IMG/VR virus record: IMGVR_UViG_3300042328_002052
Coordinates: 1-57,886 of that record
DNA from: a virus
Taxonomy: Duplodnaviria > Caudoviricetes
Length of the DNA: 57,886 nt
Strand: one strand, 5' to 3'
Positions 42,901 through 52,893 of the stretch are shown piece after piece. Numbering within the stretch: position 1 is the first letter of the stretch; each line of letters begins with the position of its first letter. Made by a program: the position numbers and the translations under genes. The notes under the pieces are model-generated. The model saw nothing but the letters and a program-made list of their open reading frames with translations. It was not told where the DNA came from and did not search any database.

Positions 42901-45272
42901 TTCCAGCTTCCCTTATTTTGCTTTTCACCATTTTTGTGTCCATTGTCGGATCTATTTGATGACCGATCTCTGACACGTAGATTATTTATGCCCTTTGAAC
43001 CACCATGTCTTAAAGGCTTTTTGTGATCTATATCTTTCCCGTCGCCCTTTTTAACCTTGCCCTTTTTAATCATCAATTCTCTGGCAGCGGTTCTCGCGGC
43101 TCTTTCTTTTCTTTGCTTTGGTTTGCCGTGGTAATTCTTATATTCTTTTTTGTAATCTCTCTCGTATTCTTCCTCAACCATATCCAAGAAGTTGTGCATT
43201 AGTTCTGGGTTTTCCAAAACTCTTACCATCACTCTTTCATATAGTCTCTTCAATATGGAATCGTAATTGCATTCTTCTGTTTCTTCAAGAAGAACGCTGA
43301 TATCGCCATCGAAAAGGGAAGCTTCATCCTCTGTCAATACCCCGGCCTTTGTCATCGAAGTCAGAACAAAATTGTTTGTCAAAGCCTCAATCAGAATATC
43401 GTTGACGAGTACTTCTGCTTCTCCCAGCATCTGGGTGGTAATTTTTTCATTATTTTCTACTGGGATTTTTACTGTTTTCTTGCCGATTCTAACATAGTTG
43501 TATTGAACGGCATTTAGATCTTTGGGAGAGAATCCCGGTAAAAGGCTAGCGTTAAGACTAAAATCATTGTTTGACATCAAATTACCGATGATTAGTTCCA
43601 TCGGATTTATGGACTTGATATCGACTAAAACATCCTTTAAAGAACCCTTGGTTTCTTTTGCTTCGACAATGGCTGTATACTTTTTCATCTTTTCTGCGGA
43701 TGCTGTGTTATAACTTCCTATATTAGAAGTTGTCATTACATCTTTAGATGGTTTCATTTCTAGATCTGCACTTTGTGCAAGAACATCGAAATATTCATCA
43801 GTCATTGGAAATACACCATTGACTGTTACAAGATGATTAGGTGCCATTTCCGGTGGAACAATGTTGTCTCCTCTGAGCATTGTCTTCAACAATGTTGAAG
43901 CTATCGCAATTTTGAGGGGTGACTTTTCGGAAGATTTAGCACCTTTCAGAAGAGATTTTCCGGCTTCAAGCCATCCCTCCCGATATTTGCTCAACGACGC
44001 AGCTGGATTCAATTCTCCATTTTCATCCAGTACTGGACCAAGATCATTTCCTTGCGAATCCTTTAATTTCATGGATTGCAATTGTTTTGCCATGTTTTCA
44101 TCTTTTAAGATTGCTGGTAGCATTTCATCAGGAATCAAAACTGTAGAAAACTTTGATGTAAGTTCTGTGCCTTGTTGTGCCAGAGCCGACAGTTTAGGAT
44201 CATTTTGTACTATTGCACCATTATTTACGGCCTGCATCAATGCATTGCCCAATAGTCCTTTGAATGATTTATTTGATTGATCAAACTGGCTTGTTGAAAA
44301 TGCAACTTCACCGCCTGCAGATACTCTAAATCTATAATCACCGCATTGCATGTCGGTGGAGCCTTCTGCATTTACACTCTTTGTTCCAGATTCTACATTT
44401 GAAACCAAGTTTTGAATGCATTCGTCTCCAATTTGAGACAAAATTTTCTTGGCTGTAAAGAATGCCTGTCTTGTAAATTCTGTTGCTGCGGGTGCTATAG
44501 CAGAATATGTTTGCATTTCTTGTTCGCCAGCACCAGCTTTGATCTTGGCCAAGAATACCAAGGCATTCAACACCTGTTGGTTATATGGAAGATTTGATAT
44601 GGGGCTAATGTTAAACTTGACGCTTAGAGCTTCATAGCTCATATTATCGAAATCAACATTAGATGGTGGTTGTCGTGTCATCTTGAAATACTCTTGACGC
44701 ATTTCAAGGGGCATCTGTGCTAGCTGTGCACCATCCATCTGTGACATGGCCTTGAAAATGTCTTCCTTAGACATTCTCTTGCCCTTTTTCTTCTTTTCTT
44801 CGCTTTCGTCCTCTGCTTTTTCCTTTTTCTTCCCGCCCTCTTTCTTTTCTTCGCCTTCTTTTTTTCCTTCTTTTTTGCTTGGCTCTTTTGTTTTTACATC
44901 GCCAAATAAAAGCTGAGAAGCACGGGTTTGTTCAAACTTTGGGTCTTTTGTGGCTTGTTGGGCTTCTTCAACGCTCATCTCCTCTTTGCTGATTCTGTCG
45001 TGTCTGTTTTTGTCAAAAGAATCTTTAAAGATTAATTGAACGCGACCCGAGGATGTTCTAACCAAAATTACTTCTTTGATAAGTTCTTGCTTGGACTTCT
45101 TTTCTCTTGGAACTTGTCTTGCTCTTTCTGCACGCTTGCGTGCAGCATCCTTTGCCTTGTTGTCGGAGGCAGTGGATTTTAGTCTGTCCTTGCGCATAGT
45201 TTCACCCGTTTTGGGTGTTTGAGTAGATGCGCGGGCTTCGTCCAATTTTAATATAAGATCAGTGAAGTTCAT
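42897..45272 (-). CDS. large protein with C-terminal HNH-like domain
   Basis: RDYKKEY..GDGKDIDHKKPLRHGG..NLRV..NRS. Confidence 0.75.
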   Translation of the reverse strand: MNFTDLILKLDEARASTQTPKTGETMRKDRLKSTASDNKAKDAARKRAERARQVPREKKSKQELIKEVILVRTSSGRVQLIFKDSFDKNRHDRISKEEMSVEEAQQATKDPKFEQTRASQLLFGDVKTKEPSKKEGKKEGEEKKEGGKKKEKAEDESEEKKKKGKRMSKEDIFKAMSQMDGAQLAQMPLEMRQEYFKMTRQPPSNVDFDNMSYEALSVKFNISPISNLPYNQQVLNALVFLAKIKAGAGEQEMQTYSAIAPAATEFTRQAFFTAKKILSQIGDECIQNLVSNVESGTKSVNAEGSTDMQCGDYRFRVSAGGEVAFSTSQFDQSNKSFKGLLGNALMQAVNNGAIVQNDPKLSALAQQGTELTSKFSTVLIPDEMLPAILKDENMAKQLQSMKLKDSQGNDLGPVLDENGELNPAASLSKYREGWLEAGKSLLKGAKSSEKSPLKIAIASTLLKTMLRGDNIVPPEMAPNHLVTVNGVFPMTDEYFDVLAQSADLEMKPSKDVMTTSNIGSYNTASAEKMKKYTAIVEAKETKGSLKDVLVDIKSINPMELIIGNLMSNNDFSLNASLLPGFSPKDLNAVQYNYVRIGKKTVKIPVENNEKITTQMLGEAEVLVNDILIEALTNNFVLTSMTKAGVLTEDEASLFDGDISVLLEETEECNYDSILKRLYERVMVRVLENPELMHNFLDMVEEEYERDYKKEYKNYHGKPKQRKERAARTAARELMIKKGKVKKGDGKDIDHKKPLRHGGSKGINNLRVRDRSSNRSDNGHKNGEKQNKGSWK

Positions 45273-45282
45273 CTCAAATTAT

Positions 45283-45882
45283 TTAGCCTTCAGAAGATTC
45301 CTTATATTTTTCCAATGGGTTAAAAAGTTTTAAATTTTTGTAGCTTTTTGCCTTGCCCGTTGCAACTTTTCTTAAGTTTGCGTAATCAAGATTGTTTGTT
45401 TTGGCAAACTCGCTTATATTTGGAACTTGTAAAATTTCATTGGTATTCGTATCAATGAATATAGCTGAGTTCGTAATTGCTATCTTTTTCTTCTTTGGCT
45501 TCTTTTCTTTTACATTTGCACCATTTGTCTCTTTTACAGCCCGGATTTCAACGGCAGTCCAACCTTTGTAAGTCTTTCTTTTTCCGTTTAAAAGTTCGCA
45601 AATCTTTACAGCAGTTAGGCCATGTTGCTTTCCAAACTCTGTCATATTTTCAAAGAATACTTTTTCTCCTGTGTCTGCTCTTTTTAGCCAGTAACCGTTC
45701 TTTTCTTCTATGGGACTCTTCCAGAGCCAATAACGACCCTCTTGAATAAAGAACCCTCCATGTTGCTGAACGAAAGCTGCTCTAAATTTTGCTGCTTTGG
45801 AGTTGTCGTTCATTTGTGTCCAGAGTTTTGAACCTCTGGTATTCACCATATCCTCCAAAGTTTTAATCTCTTGGTAGTGCAT
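45283..45882 (-). CDS. protein with NUMOD1-like DNA-binding repeats
   Basis: Two repeats: F.NMTEFGKQHGL..GKRKTYKGW and NISEFAKTNNL..GKAKSYK. Confidence 0.6.
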   Translation of the reverse strand: MHYQEIKTLEDMVNTRGSKLWTQMNDNSKAAKFRAAFVQQHGGFFIQEGRYWLWKSPIEEKNGYWLKRADTGEKVFFENMTEFGKQHGLTAVKICELLNGKRKTYKGWTAVEIRAVKETNGANVKEKKPKKKKIAITNSAIFIDTNTNEILQVPNISEFAKTNNLDYANLRKVATGKAKSYKNLKLFNPLEKYKESSEG

Positions 45883-46537
45883 TTGCTTCCTTATATTTTT
45901 TAATCAGATTGAAAAGATGCTTAACGTAGTGTAAAGGCTTTCCTTGGAAGACTTGCATTATTCCATCTTCGCAAGCAATAATAATTGCAAAATTATCCAC
46001 AACAATGCCTGTTCTTTCTTGGAACATGAGTGCATATGCTGTAGCCTGAGCAAAATAGTTATCGATATCTTCTTTGCGTTTTTCCTTGGTGCTTGCTTTG
46101 AAATCTATTATCGAAAGCTTACCATCATATTCTGCGATACAATCTGTTCTTCCAGCAAGACCTAAAGTCTTGGACCAGAGGGGGGTTTCGATTGCAATTA
46201 TGTTATCAATTTTGTCTATTTCTGGCTTTATCAATGAAAACAAAGATTTTTGCATAGAATGCACTTCATCTAAATTTATGTTTTCATTGTTTATGTAATT
46301 TTCTAGGAGAGAATGAAATTTTGTTCCTCTGGAAGTAACTCTTTTACTTTCCTCTGGATTCTTTGCTCTCCATTGCGAGAAAAATTTTTGTTTTTCAAAA
46401 CCAACAACACTCGTTACACTAGGAAAAACACCGTCTGGAGTTTCATAAAATCTCTTTCCATCGGTGTTTACTTCTTTTAAAGAAGCTTCTATTTTTATTG
46501 GTTTATGATTAAATTTTTTAAAATCGGATAAAGACAT
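45863..46537 (-). CDS. PD-(D/E)XK exonuclease (Cas4/RecB-like)
   Basis: RFYETPDG.FPSVTSV, RGTKFH, AGRTDC, IIDFKAS, QATAYA. Confidence 0.88.
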   Translation of the reverse strand: MSLSDFKKFNHKPIKIEASLKEVNTDGKRFYETPDGVFPSVTSVVGFEKQKFFSQWRAKNPEESKRVTSRGTKFHSLLENYINNENINLDEVHSMQKSLFSLIKPEIDKIDNIIAIETPLWSKTLGLAGRTDCIAEYDGKLSIIDFKASTKEKRKEDIDNYFAQATAYALMFQERTGIVVDNFAIIIACEDGIMQVFQGKPLHYVKHLFNLIKKYKEANALPRD

Positions 46538-46581
46538 AATAATTCACTGTATAATGACACATATATTTAACTTTTCCAGAA

Positions 46582-47463
46582 TTATTGTGAAATTCTAAGA
46601 AGTCTTGCCATTCTTGCCATTCCCATCACATCCCCAATGAGATTTACATCTCCTTTAATAAGAGCACCCTGTTCTCCAACTTCTTTTAGATTTTCTTCTT
46701 CGTCTCCACCTCCACCTAGACCAAATCCAATTGGTGGGATTGGCGGAACTTTTGGAGGTAATTTTCGTGGAACTGGAACTCTTGGCGGAACTCTCCGTGG
46801 AGCTCTTTGTTGGGCAGGAGCTGGTCTCGGTGCTGGAGCTGGTCTCGGTGCTGGAGCAGGAGCAGGAGCAGGAGCTGGTGCTGGTCTCGGTGCTGGAGCA
46901 GGAGCAGGAGCTGGAGCTGGTGCTGGTCTCGGTGCTGGAGCTGGAGCAGGAGCTGGTGCTGGTCTCGGTGCTGGAGCAGGAGCAGGAGCAGGAGCTGGTG
47001 CTGGTCTCGGTGCTGGAGCAGGAGCAGGAGCTGGAGCTGGTGCTGGTCTCGGTGCTGGAGCTGGTTTCGGTGTTGGAGCAGGAGCTGGTTTCGGTGTTGC
47101 TGGAGCTGGTGCTGGAGCTGGTTGCACTGGAGCCGTTGGAGCCTGTGCAGGTGCCTGTCCCGGTGGGGGTGTTGTTGGCTTTGGTTGCCCCGGTCTCCAA
47201 AATGGTCTGTTTGGATCAAACTGTGGTGGCGGTTGAACTGGTCTTGCACCGGGAAGAGCTGGCTTTGGTGGTTGATATGGAGAGGGGGTAGGAGCAGGAA
47301 CACTAGGTCTAACAGGTGGTCTTACCGATGGCTTTACTCCCTTTGCTGCGCCCTTTGCAACATTCTTTACTACAGTTTTTACCAATGTTCCAACAAACTC
47401 ATTCAAATTTTGTTGATAACGAGCCTCTAAAATTTGATGAATTATTGGATTTAACTTTTTCAT
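46582..47463 (-). CDS. Pro/Ala-repeat protein
   Basis: Central (PA)nPR repeats; ILE and LNE sites in the N-terminus. Confidence 0.75.
   Translation of the reverse strand: MKKLNPIIHQILEARYQQNLNEFVGTLVKTVVKNVAKGAAKGVKPSVRPPVRPSVPAPTPSPYQPPKPALPGARPVQPPPQFDPNRPFWRPGQPKPTTPPPGQAPAQAPTAPVQPAPAPAPATPKPAPAPTPKPAPAPRPAPAPAPAPAPAPRPAPAPAPAPAPAPRPAPAPAPAPAPRPAPAPAPAPAPAPRPAPAPAPAPAPAPRPAPAPRPAPAQQRAPRRVPPRVPVPRKLPPKVPPIPPIGFGLGGGGDEEENLKEVGEQGALIKGDVNLIGDVMGMARMARLLRISQ
46812..47125. repeat. coding tandem repeat (GGAGCA/GGAGCT/GGTGCT units, PAPAPAPR)
   Basis: Hexamer-based repeat visible in the sequence. Confidence 0.9.
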
Positions 47464-49241
47464 TACATCGATTTTCTTTTGCTTGCTGCTCTGGCAATTC
47501 TTTCTTCCATCTCAGCTTTCTTTTGCTTTTCTTCTTCTGCTTCTTCTGCTGCGTTTTGGGCCATCTTATTTGGATCGCCTCCAGCAACACCTGTTGGCTT
47601 TGTATTTAGTTGCTGTGAAGAAGTTCCCTTTCCGGTCATCTTTCCGTAGATGTCATAAATTCCTTTACCCGCAACATCAGAAACCGTGGTTCCCTTTTCA
47701 TCTACTTCTATATTAGAAATGGCTTCACCAGCTTTATAACCACCATAAGCAGCCAATCCAGCTAATGCACCTGTTCCAGCAGCAGCGCCAGCAGCCTTTA
47801 GACCAATAAGACCACCACCTTTAAGAGCAGTTCCTGCTGCAGCACCAGCTACACCGCCAGCAGCACCACCTATAGCTTCTCCTGTAATATCTTTTGCTAC
47901 CCCATCTTCAACACCAGCAGCACCCAGTGCGGCGTCTGATAAACTTCTTCCGATAAAATAACCACCAAGCCCCGCTCCAAAAGATCCAACACCTTTTCCT
48001 AGACCTTTTGCAACATTTGTAACTTGGGAACCAGTTGAAACTGATTTGGGGGTCGCTGTTGGTTTTGCTGTTTGGGCTGGTTGTGCAGTTCCTGCTGTTG
48101 GTTTCTGTGGGGCAACTGCTTTTTCCTTTGCATCTGCAACGGCCTTTGCAGCCTCTGCTCTTGCTCTCAAAAGATCTCTTCCAACGGCTGCACGATCTGC
48201 GACTGTTCCTTTGCCTTTTGCTACTGGTTTTCCACCAATTGTGGTTTCAGGCGGAAGTGGTTTTTCTGAAATCGTCCCAGTCATTGGAGTTCCAGCAGCA
48301 CGTGAATTAAGTGCTTTTGTAACAGGAGTTTTGCCTGCTTGTGTTTTTGTTGCTTCCGGAGCTTTTGGTGTTGGTTTAGCGGCTTCTCCGGGTTTGGGAG
48401 TTTTGCCTGCTTGTGTTTTTGTTGCTTCCGGAGCTTTTGGTGTTGGTTTAGCGGCTTCTCCGGGTTTAAGAGATTTGCCGCGTTGTCTAGCATATCTATC
48501 GTAAATCGCTTTTCCTGCCAATCCAGCACCAGCAAGACCCAAAACTACAAGTTTTGGGTCAACACCAGAATCACCTTCAGCCTTGCCTGTCGGAACGGTT
48601 GGCTGTGAAGCAGGTTGTGGTCTTTGTCTTCCAGTATCAACCGGACCTTTTGGTTCAGGAAGATCAATTTTTTCATTTTTTGGTTGAGTCATTGATTGTT
48701 TGGGAACACTACCACTGGGAACTTCTGTTCCCGAGGCTTCGCCAGATGAAATGGCTCCAGCCCCCCCTTTGGTCCCGGCTCCATCTGTTGGTTGTGTAGC
48801 CTGCGGTTTTTGTTGACCGCCGCCTTTCTTTGCTGCTTCTCTTGCGGCCTTTCTTCTTTCTAACTCACCTTTCATTTCCATGTATGCTGGTGTTTGCTCG
48901 GTTTGTTCAACACCTTTTCCAAATAAACCACCACCACGGGCGATACCTCTCATTCTATTTTCAATTTCAATATCACCAGCTTCACTATCGGCAACGGCTG
49001 GACCACCAGAACTTGGTGTCCATGCACCACTTTTTTTATCAACATTTCCACCAGTAAAATCAACATCTTCATCGCCTTGGGCGGTTGGTGAACCTCCTAC
49101 AAGACCACTTCTTTTTCCGCGACCATATTTGGGTGCAGTAGTTGGTTCTTCACTCAACAATTGTAGTTTTTTTTCTAGTTGTGCTACTTGTTCTTGAAGT
49201 TGTAGAGCCTTGTAATAATAAAGTTTAGTTATTTGGTCCAT
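47463..49241 (-). CDS. Gly/Ala-rich protein with leader related to the MNYLTNYY family and hydrophobic segments
   Basis: MDQITKLYYYKALQLQEQVAQLE; glycine-zipper-like helices; 72 bp-period duplication at 48325-48467. Confidence 0.75.
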   Translation of the reverse strand: MDQITKLYYYKALQLQEQVAQLEKKLQLLSEEPTTAPKYGRGKRSGLVGGSPTAQGDEDVDFTGGNVDKKSGAWTPSSGGPAVADSEAGDIEIENRMRGIARGGGLFGKGVEQTEQTPAYMEMKGELERRKAAREAAKKGGGQQKPQATQPTDGAGTKGGAGAISSGEASGTEVPSGSVPKQSMTQPKNEKIDLPEPKGPVDTGRQRPQPASQPTVPTGKAEGDSGVDPKLVVLGLAGAGLAGKAIYDRYARQRGKSLKPGEAAKPTPKAPEATKTQAGKTPKPGEAAKPTPKAPEATKTQAGKTPVTKALNSRAAGTPMTGTISEKPLPPETTIGGKPVAKGKGTVADRAAVGRDLLRARAEAAKAVADAKEKAVAPQKPTAGTAQPAQTAKPTATPKSVSTGSQVTNVAKGLGKGVGSFGAGLGGYFIGRSLSDAALGAAGVEDGVAKDITGEAIGGAAGGVAGAAAGTALKGGGLIGLKAAGAAAGTGALAGLAAYGGYKAGEAISNIEVDEKGTTVSDVAGKGIYDIYGKMTGKGTSSQQLNTKPTGVAGGDPNKMAQNAAEEAEEEKQKKAEMEERIARAASKRKSM

Positions 49242-49243
49242 GA

Positions 49244-50575
49244 TTAGATCCTATATGATTTTGGTGCGGTTTGAGATGCTGATTGTGTCTTCGTGCCAGT
49301 TTGTGTTTGGCTTGCCATTTTTGATTCAGCTTCTTTTCTTCTTACTTCATCAGCCTTCTTTGCTAAATCTGCAACAACAGCACGATTTTCCGCTTCCTTT
49401 GCTGCTTTTTGTTCTGGTGTTCTAAATTTAATTTCTGCTTCACGTTCAACCATTCCAGCAATCTTCTCATCAGACATGTCTTTTGAACCTTCTAGTTCTC
49501 TTTGAGCTCTTAGTCTGTTGACTTCAATTGTCCCTCTGCCAGAGGAAGATTGTTTCGACACATCAATTTGGCCCATTCTAGCGAGTTTTTCTTCAGCTTC
49601 TTGTCTTCGTTCTAAGTTTCTTCTCTTCCAGTATTCAGTACGTCCCTTGACAAATTTTTCTCTATCTACATTGGGTGGTGTTGCTTGTGGCTTGTTTTGC
49701 TTATCACCAAAGATTCCGCTTTGACCGCCCCTATTCGGATCGTTCATTGCAGCTATTTGATCCGGGGTTTGTTGAGTTATGTCTTTACCAACAAATTCTC
49801 CAGATTGAGGTTGTTGTTCAGGCTCCTCTACTGGAGTTGGTGCAGGAGTTTCTTCTGCTGCAGCTGCTTGTGTTTCATCTGCGGTTTTTGTTTCTGCATC
49901 GGTAACCATAGCACCAGATGCAGTTTGTTGTGGAGTAGGAGCACCAGTTTCTCTGCGCTCTGCTTCGTCAGCAGCCAATTGCTCTAAGCCTTCTTCGCGC
50001 TTTAATTGTCCAGCAAGTTCACGCATTCTCATTTGCTCTCTTGTGAGAGGTGTACCGGGCTTAACATCCTGTTTGTCAACCTCTCTCATCAATTCATCGG
50101 AAGTTGGCATTGCAACACCAGCTGCACGTTCCATCTCGGATTGTCCTGCGGTCCTTGAAGTGGCTGAACGCATTCTGTTTTTTCTAGCTCTTTCTTGAGA
50201 TTCTGCTGCGGTCATTGCAGGAGCTGGAGCCATAAAGTCTTTAGCTTTTGCTGTTAGCCCGGAAATAAAATCATCCCAGTAACCTTCATTCAAACTTCTG
50301 AATGGATTTGTATCAACATTCTTTGTAAAGGCTTTACATTCTGGCTTAAATCTTTTTTCATTATTTTGAATAAGATCTAATGCTTGACGGATACCGTTTA
50401 CGGTGTTAGAATTTGATCCGTGTATTTGTTGTTTAAATGGCTTATTTTCTTCCAAGATAGTTTTAGCACTGTCAACCAATCTAGATGGTTTCTTGACCTG
50501 CTCATTAATTGGCTTCTTGGAGGTCATAAAGTCTTTAACTTCCCAATAAAATTGTCTATCTGATTTTTTATCCAT
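49244..50575 (-). CDS. hypothetical charged late protein
   Basis: 443 aa; TAAATA upstream; INE, LEE and LNE sites. Confidence 0.75.
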   Translation of the reverse strand: MDKKSDRQFYWEVKDFMTSKKPINEQVKKPSRLVDSAKTILEENKPFKQQIHGSNSNTVNGIRQALDLIQNNEKRFKPECKAFTKNVDTNPFRSLNEGYWDDFISGLTAKAKDFMAPAPAMTAAESQERARKNRMRSATSRTAGQSEMERAAGVAMPTSDELMREVDKQDVKPGTPLTREQMRMRELAGQLKREEGLEQLAADEAERRETGAPTPQQTASGAMVTDAETKTADETQAAAAEETPAPTPVEEPEQQPQSGEFVGKDITQQTPDQIAAMNDPNRGGQSGIFGDKQNKPQATPPNVDREKFVKGRTEYWKRRNLERRQEAEEKLARMGQIDVSKQSSSGRGTIEVNRLRAQRELEGSKDMSDEKIAGMVEREAEIKFRTPEQKAAKEAENRAVVADLAKKADEVRRKEAESKMASQTQTGTKTQSASQTAPKSYRI

Positions 50576-50615
50576 GGCTGTAAAATATTTAGAATTTCAT
50601 AAATACTTAAAAGGT

Positions 50616-51101
50616 ATGAAAAAACAGGTACTCCTGTTAAACCAAGATAATACTCCCCTGAATATTATCACTATCTCTAAAGCTTTTAAGCTTGTAGCCA
50701 AAGATAAAGTTTGGCTAGATGAATCACAAGAATGCTACGAGGTAGTTTCTGTATCAAAAATTGTCAAAATTCCAAAAGTTTTGATACTAAAATATTACGT
50801 AAAATTGCCATTTAAAAAGGTGGCTGCAAATCGTAAAAATATCATGCAACGTGACAAATATTGTTGTCAGTATTGCGGCATCGATCTTTGTGATCGTACT
50901 GCTACAGTTGACCATATTGTTCCTAAATCCAAAGGTGGCGGTTCTACTTGGGACAATCTTGTAACTGCGTGCAAAGATTGCAACTTGTTTAAAGGAAACA
51001 GAACTCCAAAAGAAGCAAAAATGGTTCTCAAATCAAAACCAAAAGAACCATCCTATGGATTTTTGTTTGAGCAAATGCTAATTAGTTTTAGGAAGACTTA
51101 A
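50616..51101 (+). CDS. HNH endonuclease (McrA-like)
   Basis: VLLLN..RD.Y.CQYCG..TVDHIVPKSKGG..WDNLVTACKDCN. Confidence 0.9.
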   Translation: MKKQVLLLNQDNTPLNIITISKAFKLVAKDKVWLDESQECYEVVSVSKIVKIPKVLILKYYVKLPFKKVAANRKNIMQRDKYCCQYCGIDLCDRTATVDHIVPKSKGGGSTWDNLVTACKDCNLFKGNRTPKEAKMVLKSKPKEPSYGFLFEQMLISFRKT

Positions 51102-51102
51102 T

Positions 51103-51402
51103 ATGCCAAATTATTCATTCAAGTGCGAGGCATGCGATCATTCATTTGAGTTATTTTTGAAAATGAGTGAATCTGACAATCCTATCAAAGAAAAGTGTCC
51201 AAACTGCAAAAAGAAAAAGATTATTAAAGACTGGAGTCAGCAAAGCAATTCAATTGCAATGGATACGACATTGACTCCAACAAAAGTTAATGGTGGGGCA
51301 TGGAAAGAAGTTATGGATAAACTTAAGGCAAACGTGCCAAAGAGATACCATGACAAATTAGACTATTCTTCAAAATTAAACGGTGGAAGATTTGTACGTT
51401 AA
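51103..51402 (+). CDS. FmdB-family zinc-ribbon protein
   Basis: MPNYSFKCEACDHSFE..CPNC. Confidence 0.85.
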   Translation: MPNYSFKCEACDHSFELFLKMSESDNPIKEKCPNCKKKKIIKDWSQQSNSIAMDTTLTPTKVNGGAWKEVMDKLKANVPKRYHDKLDYSSKLNGGRFVR

Positions 51403-51938
51403 TTTTTGTTATTGACCAAATATTTTAAAATGTAATAACTGTCTACAATGTCAGTTATTGGATTTGACAAAGTTTTTTGCCCAAAACTTAATAATAAATT
51501 GGTATTGGTTTCTTTGCTGAAGGTCTCGTACATTAGGGCTTTATCAGCGTTACCTTTGCCTGTGGCGTGTTTCTTTGACTTGGACGGCTCTACGACCGTC
51601 AGAGGAACCCCGGCCTTGTAGAGCTTGTGTTTAAAGATTCCCATATTCTCGGCCAAATGGAATACTCTTCCCTGAGAACCATACGAATAGCCTTCTATGG
51701 CTACCTCGGAGGCTCCAATACACAAATTTATAGCCCAGTCTGAAATACTGTCAAATCTATCAACATCGGCCACATATTCCTGAAAACTTTCACCAGTGAT
51801 GTTTGGTAAAATTTTATCTGCGTATTTTTTAGTATTTGTTAGGTAGTAAAAAAAACAGTTATCAAATGTAAATGGCTTTCTCTCGTCATATAGACAGAGA
51901 CACGGGCATGTTATCGAATAATCTACACCTATTAACAT
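51399..51938 (-). CDS. RuvC-like RNase H-fold nuclease
   Basis: IGVDYS, VAIEGYS, KKHATGKGNADK, DIVDS. Confidence 0.8.
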   Translation of the reverse strand: MLIGVDYSITCPCLCLYDERKPFTFDNCFFYYLTNTKKYADKILPNITGESFQEYVADVDRFDSISDWAINLCIGASEVAIEGYSYGSQGRVFHLAENMGIFKHKLYKAGVPLTVVEPSKSKKHATGKGNADKALMYETFSKETNTNLLLSFGQKTLSNPITDIVDSYYILKYLVNNKN

Positions 51939-51953
51939 GTGGAACATAGATAT

Positions 51954-52751
51954 TTATTCTTCGTACCAAGGCCAATCACAGAACCTTTCTTTCATAATAT
52001 TATCTATCCACTCGTAATAGTAACAAACTTTTATGGCTCCATTATCTATTACATTCCCAGAAGATGGATCTACACCGAAGAATGATATTATTCCTGCCAA
52101 TTTTCCAGAGTCTTCAAAAATTCCGCCACCCGAATCACCATAATAAACTGAGCCATTAAGTGCAAGCATTCTCATAACTTGGCCCCCGTCTTCAATAAGA
52201 GAGCCGTAATAGCGCATTAGACCCTTCTCGCTGACCTTTTTGTAGCCAAGGCTCCACCCAACAGTAATAACTTCTTCTCCCGGAATTAGATCCCACGGTA
52301 TTTTTGAAAGTTCTGCTGGAGGTTCATAACAGTCTTCCTCTAAGATGCAAAGAACAATATCGTTCATTGGAAACCCCGGAACATATGGACTTGCTTTGTG
52401 TACTTTACCAATTCTTAAAAATTGTCCTCCATGAGTCCAAAAATATTTTGGAGGATCGTCGGACAATGCAAAACAATGCTGTGCACTAAGTATTGCATTT
52501 CTATGAATAAGAACCGCAGATCCTATTACATCACCTGATTGTGTAACTATAGCACCTACACAGGAGTAGCGGTCATCCTCAGCTAGCCCGATGGAATCGT
52601 ACTTCGAAGAATCCAATAAGAATGCGGGGACTTCCGCTACTCCTTGTGTTTTTTCCTGTTCTGATTCAACTTGTTTTGGAGGAGACGATAGCGAATTGCA
52701 AGCAACGCTTGTCGCCATCACAACTGCGAGGATTAATGGCCTCAGCAACAT
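51954..52751 (-). CDS. trypsin-like serine protease with signal/lipoprotein-like N-terminus
   Basis: LSAQHC, NDIVL and GDSGG triad; start MLLRPLILAVVMATSVAC after TAAATA. Confidence 0.85.
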   Translation of the reverse strand: MLLRPLILAVVMATSVACNSLSSPPKQVESEQEKTQGVAEVPAFLLDSSKYDSIGLAEDDRYSCVGAIVTQSGDVIGSAVLIHRNAILSAQHCFALSDDPPKYFWTHGGQFLRIGKVHKASPYVPGFPMNDIVLCILEEDCYEPPAELSKIPWDLIPGEEVITVGWSLGYKKVSEKGLMRYYGSLIEDGGQVMRMLALNGSVYYGDSGGGIFEDSGKLAGIISFFGVDPSSGNVIDNGAIKVCYYYEWIDNIMKERFCDWPWYEE

Positions 52752-52811
52752 GGCAAAAATATTTAGAATAAAAAACCCCCTTGCGGGGGTAAAATCTTTT
52801 GATTTTTTATG

Positions 52812-52885
52812 CTCCTCGGGCTGGAATCGAACCAGCGACATAGAAGTTAACAGCTTCTCGCATCTACCTACTGAGCTACCGAGGA
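52812..52885 (-). tRNA. tRNA-Asn(GUU)
   Basis: Acceptor TCCTCGG/CCGAGGA; AGAAG-CTGTTAA-CTTCT; TTCGATT. Confidence 0.9.
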
Positions 52886-52893
52886 GTGAAGAA

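Noticed and set aside
45863-46537. Cas4 as part of a CRISPR system
   Set aside because: A standalone PD-(D/E)XK exonuclease of a kind common in T4-like phages, with no CRISPR context.
46637-47430. Multiple overlapping ORFs across the PA repeat
   Set aside because: Stop-free frames are produced by the hexamer repeat; only the minus-strand 293 aa ORF fits the operon.
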